This document shows, piece after piece, positions 1-4,964 of a DNA stretch of 64,000 nucleotides (position 1 is the stretch's first letter; each line of letters begins with the position of its first letter). This DNA is from a virus. Taxonomy: Duplodnaviria; Caudoviricetes. The DNA lies in IMG/VR virus record IMGVR_UViG_3300028628_000004, one strand, 5' to 3'. The notes under the pieces are model-generated. The model had not been told where the DNA came from and searched no databases. It saw only the letters and a program-made list of their open reading frames with translations. Position numbers and translations under genes: made by a program.

Positions 1-76
1 ACCTACGACCATTGGATTATGGCAGTGATTTGTTAATCACCGAAATCCAAAGCTCTTCCAACTGAGCTACGAGAAC
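1..76 (-). tRNA. tRNA truncated at the window edge, with a ~22-nt hairpin insertion (intron-like) in the anticodon loop; identity ambiguous (Arg-UCG, Ile-UAU or CAU)
   Basis: Reverse complement GTTCTCG-TA-GCTC-AGTTGGAA-GAGC-T-TTGGA-[TTTCGGTGATTAACAAATCACTGCCATAA]-TCCAA-TGGTC-GTAGGT; a 29-nt loop instead of 7. Confidence 0.7.
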
Positions 77-79
77 ATG

Positions 80-158
80 TGGCACCCATGGTAGGAGTTG
101 AACCTACATGTATCCAGTTAGCTTTCTCCTGCTTAGAAGGCAGGCGGCATACATGGGC
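80..158 (-). tRNA. D-armless tRNA-like RNA, anticodon UCU (Arg)
   Basis: GCCCATG/CATGGGT-G-CCA acceptor, CCTGC-CTTCTAA-GCAGG anticodon arm, GTAGG-TTCAACT-CCTAC T arm; 7 nt replace the D arm; 20-nt variable region. Confidence 0.7.
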
Positions 159-165
159 ATGAAGA

Positions 166-236
166 AATCGGGGAGATTAGGAGTTACGGTGTTTTGTTTC
201 ATAAGGTGAAGTAACCGTAACAATGACTGCCCCAAA
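166..236 (-). ncRNA. Structured repeat RNA, copy 1 (GTTACGGTTACTTC...ACCGTAAC hairpin)
   Basis: Close paralog at 1910-1987; stems GGGG/CCCC and GTTACGGT/ACCGTAAC. Confidence 0.55.
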
Positions 237-241
237 GGATT

Positions 242-359
242 GTGTTAGCATAGGGGGATTCGAACCCAGGCAACATAAGTCGCCTGTTTTACCCGCATGA
301 CATTTTAGTGACCGCTATTTGCAGTCTGTCGGATCTACCGCTGAGCTACACGCTAACAC
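242..359 (-). ncRNA. Expanded tRNA-like RNA with hairpin insertions, no encoded CCA
   Basis: 11-bp terminal stem, TAGCTCAGCGGTAGA D-like arm, GGTTCGAATCC T loop, inserted hairpins GACTGC/GCGGTC and CAGGCGAC/GTTGCCTG. Confidence 0.5.
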
Positions 360-364
360 GAAAA

Positions 365-454
365 GGTGAGTCTCTAGTAGGCTGGCGAGAGGCTACGATG
401 GTTAGTCGTATAAGCGACCTGAAAAAGTCGCTCCACGTTCACTACTAGGCACCC
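365..454 (-). ncRNA. Unknown multi-stem structured RNA
   Basis: CTAGTAG/CTACTAG closing stem enclosing AGCGAC/GTCGCT and TACGA/TCGTA hairpins. Confidence 0.4.
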
Positions 455-463
455 GAATTAAAT

Positions 464-546
464 TGGTGGACAGAATTACCTTTTACGATTAGCTGCCCGA
501 TCCTAATCAACCATTGTTAGATGGGGAAATGGTATCGAATAACCCC
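464..546 (-). ncRNA. CCA-ending structured RNA, not a cloverleaf
   Basis: Ends TCCACCA; stems TACC/GGTA, CCAT/ATGG, GATTAG/CTAATC. Confidence 0.35.
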
Positions 547-548
547 TT

Positions 549-624
549 TGGTGGACACAAAGGGAGTCGAACCCTTCACAGATGCATTGCAAGTGCGTCT
601 CGCCCCCACGGAACATGTGTGCCC
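549..624 (-). tRNA. tRNA-Ala(UGC)
   Basis: GGGCACA/TGTGTCC-A-CCA with G3.U70; loop CT-TGC-AA; GGTTCGACTCC. Confidence 0.9.
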
Positions 625-629
625 AAAAA

Positions 630-685
630 TGGTGAAGCTGGTTTCTTTTTATGAGTGAAACACTTTGCCTCTAACAAAAGTTCTC
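630..685 (-). ncRNA. Mini CCA-ending RNA with a CT-CAT-AA anticodon-like loop
   Basis: GTTTC-ACTCATAAAAA-GAAAC hairpin, 3' AGCTTCACCA; related to 766-826. Confidence 0.4.
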
Positions 686-688
686 GTA

Positions 689-764
689 TGGTGGAATGAT
701 CCGGCTACGCTCCGGACGCCTCCTGCGTGCAAGGCAGGCGCTCTACTGAATGAGCTATCACCCC
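689..764 (-). tRNA. tRNA-Ala(UGC), non-canonical T loop
   Basis: GGGGTGA/TCATTCC-A-CCA (G3.U70), CCTGC-CTTGCAC-GCAGG, T loop AGCGTAG. Confidence 0.85.
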
Positions 765-765
765 A

Positions 766-826
766 TGGAAAGCTATATGTTTCTTTTTGTTGACAGGGAA
801 AGAAACTTGTAGAGTCGCTTAGCTTC
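766..826 (-). ncRNA. Mini CCA-ending RNA with a CT-GTC-AA anticodon-like loop
   Basis: AAGCTA/TAGCTT-T-CCA stem; GTTTCTTT-CCCTGTCAACAA-AAAGAAAC hairpin; no D or T arm. Confidence 0.45.
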
Positions 827-845
827 TACTAGAAAGAACCCACGA

Positions 846-921
846 TGGATGCGGTGGGCTGGACTTGCACCAGCGATTCCCGCCTTATGAGGGCGGTGAG
901 ATGCTACTTCTCTACCCCGCA
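846..921 (-). tRNA. tRNA-Met(CAU)
   Basis: CCGCC-CTCATAA-GGCGG; GCTGG-TGCAAGT-CCAGC; CCA end. Confidence 0.8.
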
Positions 922-953
922 ATGCTGAAGGTTATTAGATACCTACAAACTTT

Positions 954-1027
954 TGGAAGCGCAGAAAGGAGTCGCACCTTTATCTATTGGTTATGAGCCA
1001 ATTATGCTACTGTTACACCACCGCGCA
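954..1027 (-). tRNA. tRNA-Met(CAU), 1:72 mismatch (initiator-like)
   Basis: TGCGCGG/CTGCGCT-T-CCA; ATTGG-CTCATAA-CCAAT; AAAGG-TGCGACT-CCTTT. Confidence 0.8.
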
Positions 1028-1776
1028 GTGTTAATACGAATTCTACCCTTTACAAATCCCATTTCTATATATTTGTTTATGTCATTTTTATTTATTCTAA
1101 AACATTCACCAGTTTGAAGATTCTTCACCCATATGAGTTGAGAATATATTTTACCATATCTCTCTTTCATAGTGTTTGATAAGTTTTCTCTTGTTTCTTT
1201 CGATGACATTCTTTCTTTCATTTTTTGTGAAAGTAATGTCTTAGTTTCGTTACTTCCACATTCACTCTCTTTTTTGTATCTTTCTTTTACTGATAATGAG
1301 ATTTTGTTTCTTACCTCATCATTTATATATCTTTTCTTTGCTCTATCTGACATTTTCTTTCTCGTTTCATCTGATATAATTCTTGTCTTATTAGTATCTA
1401 TCATTTTTTGTTTTGATTCTTTCGAGTAGGTTTTTGGTTTCTGACTTATTATGGAGAGCTTTCTTTTTGTCTCATCAGTGTGATTCTTTCCTCTAAACTT
1501 TGGTCCACCTTCGCCACCAACTGATATGTTATAAACATCTTTTCTTTTTATAAAATCTTCATTCACAATAAGTATTTCCATTTTATCCATTTGCTCTTCG
1601 TTGTCAAAAACATGGAGTATTTCTTTTGTAAAGTTACTTCTCCCATATTTCTTAACGGCAGCCTTTATATGATGTCCGGAACCTAAGTAATCATCGTTGA
1701 TATTTTCGGTTTGGTGCTTCCCAATGTAAATCTTACCGTTTATCTTATTAGTTATCTTGTATATGGTATAAAACAT
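991..1776 (-). CDS. Free-standing GIY-YIG (Seg-like) homing endonuclease with NUMOD3-like repeats
   Basis: TIYKITNKINGKIYIGKH...YLGSG...YN; HTDETKRKLS/ISDETRKKMS repeats; start reassigned to 1776 (AGGAG RBS at 1781-1785, TATAAATA at 1796-1803). Confidence 0.9.
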   Translation of the reverse strand: MFYTIYKITNKINGKIYIGKHQTENINDDYLGSGHHIKAAVKKYGRSNFTKEILHVFDNEEQMDKMEILIVNEDFIKRKDVYNISVGGEGGPKFRGKNHTDETKRKLSIISQKPKTYSKESKQKMIDTNKTRIISDETRKKMSDRAKKRYINDEVRNKISLSVKERYKKESECGSNETKTLLSQKMKERMSSKETRENLSNTMKERYGKIYSQLIWVKNLQTGECFRINKNDINKYIEMGFVKGRIRINTARWCNSSIIGS

Positions 1777-1909
1777 AATACTCCTATTATACCAGTATTT
1801 ATATTTCATAACCAAACGATTTACTGCTTCTCTATCAAAAATGGGAGCCAACCTAACGCAAGCTAGGGACACTTTTTACGGCTATCACAACTTACATACG
1901 ACACAGATG

Positions 1910-1987
1910 AATCAGGGAGATTATTAGCTACGGTGTTTTTTTTTCGTTTTATGTAAATGAAGTAACCGTAACAGTGACTGCCCTAAA
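1910..1987 (-). ncRNA. Structured repeat RNA, copy 2
   Basis: GGGCAGTCACTGTTACGGTTACTTC...ACACCGTAGC...ATCTCCCTGATT; paralog of 166-236. Confidence 0.55.
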
Positions 1988-2063
1988 TGGTACACCCACA
2001 GGGAATCGAACCCTGATTAAGAGAATGAAAGTCTCCTGTACTGAGCCATTATACTATGGGTGC
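1988..2063 (-). tRNA. tRNA-Glu(UUC)
   Basis: GCACCCA/TGGGTGT-A-CCA; GGAGA-CTTTCAT-TCTCT; GGTTCGATTCC. Confidence 0.9.
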
Positions 2064-2105
2064 ATGTGAGTTACAGAGCCAAATGTAACTCTTATTATAT
2101 TTACA

Positions 2106-2208
2106 TGGTCGGGTTGGTCCTCCATGGGTCGCTGACAACAGAATTGCTGTGCGAGCCAACTCTCCCTCTTGCGAGTTCTATGAGTTGCGCTATCTATTGC
2201 TTTGACCG
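2106..2208 (-). ncRNA. CCA-ending structured RNA of unknown function
   Basis: Ends CCCGACCA; CTC-GCAA-GAG GNRA hairpin, AACTC/GAGTT, ACAGCA/TGTTGT. Confidence 0.4.
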
Positions 2209-2219
2209 TTCTATACAAC

Positions 2220-2295
2220 TGGTACTCCTTGAGAGACTTGCACTCTACTTTATACGCTTGAAAGGCGTGTTTCTTACTACATAGAAGAAAGGAGC
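2220..2295 (-). tRNA. tRNA-Glu(UUC), non-canonical elbow
   Basis: GCTCCTT/AAGGAGT-A-CCA; loop CT-TTC-AA; T loop TGCAAGT. Confidence 0.8.
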
Positions 2296-2346
2296 ATGAA
2301 CAGAGTTTTTCTTCCGCCAGGAAAAGGAAACTCCAAAACTTTGAGA

Positions 2347-2426
2347 TGGTCCGCGAGGCTGGATTCGAACCAGCTTGTATCCGTATAACCTTTCAACGAT
2401 TTATAAGACCGAGGGTGTACTCGCGG
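2347..2426 (-). tRNA. D-armless tRNA-like RNA, anticodon UAU (Ile)
   Basis: CCGCGAG/CTCGCGG-A-CCA; CGGT-CTTATAA-ATCG; GCTGG-TTCGAAT-CCAGC; no D arm; variable region GAAAGGTTATACGGATACAA. Confidence 0.7.
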
Positions 2427-2522
2427 GTAACTTTTCCTCGCATTTCTGCGTTAGGGTCTAATAGGTTATCAATACAAAGAGATGTAGCAGCGTTTATAGT
2501 GAGTTATGCTGCGATCACATTC

Positions 2523-2597
2523 TGGTGGGTCGCCACGGGGTCGATCCGTGTTCCATGGTTTAAAAGACCATTGCATCAGCCCTAATGCTTGCAACCC
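2523..2597 (-). tRNA. tRNA-Lys(UUU)
   Basis: GGGTTGC/GCGACCC-A-CCA; ATGGT-CTTTTAA-ACCAT. Confidence 0.85.
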
Positions 2598-2599
2598 AT

Positions 2600-2684
2600 A
2601 ATACAAACTACGCTATACACTTGTGAAGTCGCTGGCATTGCTGCCGTTGATGATACCATCATACAGCCCCTTTCAGGAATGCAA
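2600..2684 (-). promoter_or_regulatory. Internal tRNA-array promoter (TTGCAT-15-TATGAT) plus boxA-like leader
   Basis: -35 at 2679-2684, -10 at 2658-2663; leader GACTTCACAAGTGTATAGCGTAGTTTG, shared with ~3505-3533 and ~3995-4025. Confidence 0.6.
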
Positions 2685-2694
2685 GAGGTAATTT

Positions 2695-2780
2695 TGGTAG
2701 GGGTAGTCGGACTTGAACCGACACTCCGGTAAAGGAAGCGGATTTTAAATCCGATGCGGCTGCCATTACGCCATACCCCC
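2695..2780 (-). tRNA. tRNA-Leu(UAA)
   Basis: Long variable arm, loop TT-TAA-AA, GGTTCAAGTCC, A73-CCA. Confidence 0.9.
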
Positions 2781-2798
2781 ATTTTGTCAACAAGAAAT

Positions 2799-2875
2799 TG
2801 GTGGGTCCACTCGGTACTGCCCCGAGTCCCTCTGGTTAAGAGCCAGATGCTTACCACTTTTAGAGCTTTGGACCC
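2799..2875 (-). tRNA. tRNA-Lys(CUU)
   Basis: GGGTCCA/TGGACCC-A-CCA; TCTGG-CTCTTAA-CCAGA; T loop GGCAGTA. Confidence 0.85.
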
Positions 2876-2946
2876 ATGCCTCCTGTTTATTCCCACTCCT
2901 TCGAGTGGACTCACAATGATGTGAGAGGATCAAGAGATTCCTTTGA

Positions 2947-3076
2947 TGGTGTCGTGTGTAAGATTTTCACTTACCTTGATATCTTAATTGGATATCGTAT
3001 TTGACTGCTTTTTCTCCTTTTCGTCCTTGGGGGGATCCTTCACCACCCCAGGTCAGAGAAATAATACGAACACGAC
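2947..3076 (-). ncRNA. 130-nt RNA with a tRNA-like acceptor stem and T arm and a long rod replacing the D and anticodon arms
   Basis: GTCGTGT/ACACGAC-A-CCA; GTAAG-TGAAAAT-CTTAC; GATATC/GATATC; CGTATT/AATACG; TTTCTC/GAGAAA. Confidence 0.6.
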
Positions 3077-3077
3077 T

Positions 3078-3152
3078 TGGTAGGCGAGGTAGGTGCTGCC
3101 CCTACTACTTCCTGCATGTAAAGCAGGCACTCTGCTGTTGAGTTACGCGCCC
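3078..3152 (-). tRNA. tRNA-Val(UAC)
   Basis: CCTGC-TTTACAT-GCAGG; A73-CCA; T loop GGCAGCA. Confidence 0.85.
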
Positions 3153-3209
3153 ATGTGTTGGGTTTTTCACTCTTGTGGAGTATAGAAAAACCGTAACAAA
3201 ACTATTTTT

Positions 3210-3283
3210 TGGCTGCCCCAAAGGGAATCGAACCCCTATGATCTGATTAACAGTCAGACATAATACCATTATATGACAGGGCA
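3210..3283 (-). tRNA. tRNA-Asn(GUU)
   Basis: TCTGA-CTGTTAA-TCAGA; GGTTCGATTCC; G73-CCA. Confidence 0.9.
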
Positions 3284-3287
3284 ATGC

Positions 3288-3407
3288 TGGTGGAGTTGAT
3301 GGGATTCAAACCCATATTTGTCAAATGCCATTTAAGGCGTAAAGATGACTGTCTTTGTCCTGTTATGTGATGTTGCAACATCCATAAACATTAGACGACT
3401 TAACCCC
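3288..3407 (-). ncRNA. 120-nt tRNA-like RNA with G3.U70/A73 and hairpin insertions in the D loop and anticodon loop
   Basis: GGGGTT/AACTCC-A-CCA; ATGGG-TTTGAAT-CCCAT; GTCT/AGAC D stem enclosing GATGT-TGCA-ACATC; GTCA/TGAC enclosing GCC-TTAAAT-GGC. Confidence 0.55.
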
Positions 3408-3411
3408 ATAT

Positions 3412-3499
3412 TGGTGGGACCGGTAGGAGTCTCACCTACGGAGCCAATTAAGGCATCGGTTTTACAGACCGCGCTCGCCATCTACGAGCATACGTTCCC
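3412..3499 (-). tRNA. tRNA-Tyr(GUA)
   Basis: CGGT-CTGTAAA-ACCG, long variable arm, A73-CCA. Confidence 0.85.
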
Positions 3500-3504
3500 A
3501 TGAA

Positions 3505-3648
3505 TCAAACTACGTTTATATACTTGTAAAGTCATCAGTCAATCCTATGAGAGTTTTAATGTCGCCTGCCGTGTCTTTAGCACGGAGTCTTATGGCTTGC
3601 TCTCAGCGGCTTGATGGGTATATCCTAACAGGTATTTTAGGAATGCAA
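3505..3648 (-). promoter_or_regulatory. Internal tRNA-array promoter (TTGCAT-15-TAGGAT) plus boxA-like leader
   Basis: -35 at 3643-3648, -10 at 3622-3627; shares TCTTGCATTCCT with the 2684 promoter; leader GACTTTACAAGTATATAAACGTAGTTTG. Confidence 0.6.
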
Positions 3649-3674
3649 GAAGTATTTTTTTGAATTCCTGTAAG

Positions 3675-3749
3675 TGGTACTCGTACAGAGACTTGCACTC
3701 TGTTTATCCGATTGAGAATCGGGGTTCTTACTACATAGAAGATACGAGC
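3675..3749 (-). tRNA. tRNA-Glu(CUC)
   Basis: GCTCGTA/TACGAGT-A-CCA; loop TT-CTC-AA; paralog of 2220-2295. Confidence 0.8.
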
Positions 3750-3751
3750 AT

Positions 3752-3832
3752 TAGAGCCTCTGACGGGGATTAGGCACCCCGCTTCCTCCGGTTTACAGTC
3801 CGGTGCTTTAAACTAATATAAGCTACAGAAGC
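3752..3832 (-). tRNA. Degenerate Thr-like tRNA (irregular loop ACTGTAAA), possibly a pseudogene
   Basis: GCTTCTG/CAGAGGC stem, D and T arms present; irregular anticodon loop; no CCA. Confidence 0.45.
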
Positions 3833-3913
3833 ATGGCTCCGAATTTGTTATTACGCTGAGTCTATCGGAATACTCTCAGATGCCGCTGTGTTAGAGAGGG
3901 GCGGCTCCCCTTA

Positions 3914-3991
3914 TGGTGCGGTAAACAGGACTTGAACCTGCAACATCCACTATGGCAAAGTGGCGCTCTAATCCAATTGAGCTATTACCGC
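3914..3991 (-). tRNA. tRNA-Gly(GCC), first gene of the array
   Basis: GCGGTAA/TTACCGC-A-CCA; CCACT-TTGCCAT-AGTGG; GGTTCAAGTCC. Confidence 0.92.
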
Positions 3992-4031
3992 ATACTACAA
4001 ACTACGCTATAGAATTGTGAAAGACATCCGA

Positions 4032-4064
4032 AACGAAAAAAGCCTCTGGTTTGACCAGAGGCTT
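4032..4064 (-). terminator. Intrinsic terminator of the putative attenuator
   Basis: AAGCCTCTGG-TCAAA-CCAGAGGCTT followed by TTTTCGTTT. Confidence 0.85.
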
Positions 4065-4094
4065 GTGTATCTCATGAAGAGATAGACAGCCTCT
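4057..4094 (-). promoter_or_regulatory. Antiterminator hairpin, mutually exclusive with the terminator
   Basis: AGAGGCT-GT-C-TATCTC-TTCAT-GAGATA-C-AC-A-AGCCTCT uses the terminator's 5' strand AGCCTCT. Confidence 0.75.
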
Positions 4095-4158
4095 AGGAAC
4101 CCACGCCTTCTGCGTTGGCTCTTTTATATCCTATCTTATTTGTTAAGCAAGTGGTCAT
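4093..4158 (-). CDS. Putative 21-aa attenuator leader peptide MTTCLTNKIGYKRANAEGVGS
   Basis: ATG at 4158, AGGA upstream, TAG overlapping the antiterminator; all 21 codons different; too short for the ORF track. Confidence 0.65.
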   Translation of the reverse strand: MTTCLTNKIGYKRANAEGVGS

Positions 4159-4193
4159 TGAAGGCGTGTTCCTAAGTGTGTGATACAGGGTTG

Positions 4194-4928
4194 CTATAAA
4201 GTATTTATATGGGATATTGTATCACACTTTAAATTTTTTCCTAAACATATTTTAAAGTAGCTTTCCGATACCTCATAGCCAACATACTCTCTGCCAAGTT
4301 TCTCACAGGATTCTGCGACTGTTCCTATGCCCATGAAAGGATCTAGGACAGTATCACCAGCATCAGTTGATAATTTAATACAGATTTCTGGTAACAATGG
4401 ATGGAAGGGTGCTGGATGGTCCTTCTGCTTCTTCGGAGGCATGACCCAAACCTCTGACCGAAATTCTTTGGGTAGTCTGCTTTTGTATACCTTTGGCTTG
4501 CCCTTAGCTAACCAGAATATATATTCAGTGGTTGGAGTCAAAACATCATTCCGTATATTAGGAGAGTTTCTTCTGTCAATAATTATAAGCTGATAGAGAT
4601 TCCACTTTGTCTTGCTCACGATATCGTAGGGGTTGTAGCACTTGTTGCTCTTTCGACGCATCTTGTGGTTGTAAAACAAAGATCCATCGTCTTTAGTTTT
4701 TTCAAATATCTTATCAAGAATCTTTACTTGCCACTCTTGGTATTCACTCTCTGGCATGTCATCGCCATATACATCATAGTCGATGTTGTGCTTTGACCAT
4801 ATCTGGTTTCCAGTTTTTACCTTCCCCAGCAATCCCTTCTTGTTATAGGGCGGGGAGGTAATTGTAGTCTGGATGCTATTGTCTGATAGGCTTGAAATAC
4901 CTTCAAGACAATCCATGTTATAAATCAT
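4194..4928 (-). CDS. DNA methyltransferase, N4-C/N6-A beta class
   Basis: TSPPY, HPAPF, VLDPFMGIGT motifs. Confidence 0.92.
   Translation of the reverse strand: MIYNMDCLEGISSLSDNSIQTTITSPPYNKKGLLGKVKTGNQIWSKHNIDYDVYGDDMPESEYQEWQVKILDKIFEKTKDDGSLFYNHKMRRKSNKCYNPYDIVSKTKWNLYQLIIIDRRNSPNIRNDVLTPTTEYIFWLAKGKPKVYKSRLPKEFRSEVWVMPPKKQKDHPAPFHPLLPEICIKLSTDAGDTVLDPFMGIGTVAESCEKLGREYVGYEVSESYFKICLGKNLKCDTISHINTL
4202..4224 (-). promoter_or_regulatory. T4 late promoter TATAAATA (4202-4209) and extended -10 TGaTACAAT upstream of the leader
   Basis: Exact gp55 consensus; TGn-TACAAT at 4216-4224. Confidence 0.6.
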
Positions 4929-4964
4929 TAATGTATTCTATGACTTATTTTTTGGAAGTCAACA

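Noticed and set aside
2060-2914. ORF-track entries 2060-2284, 2346-2585 and 2582-2914
   Set aside because: They overlap tRNA/ncRNA genes and lack RBS or protein motifs; spurious.
3288-3407. Ochre suppressor (CT-TTA) or full tmRNA reading; alternative genetic code
   Set aside because: The loop is not 7 nt and there is no tag ORF or pseudoknots; core genes translate intact in the standard code using all three stops.
3752-3832. Second tRNA-Tyr(GUA)
   Set aside because: No long variable arm, irregular loop and no CCA; treated as degenerate Thr-like.
4030-4200. T-box riboswitch as the explanation of the leader
   Set aside because: No UGGNACC antiterminator bulge or recognisable Stem I motifs; a leader-peptide model fits better.
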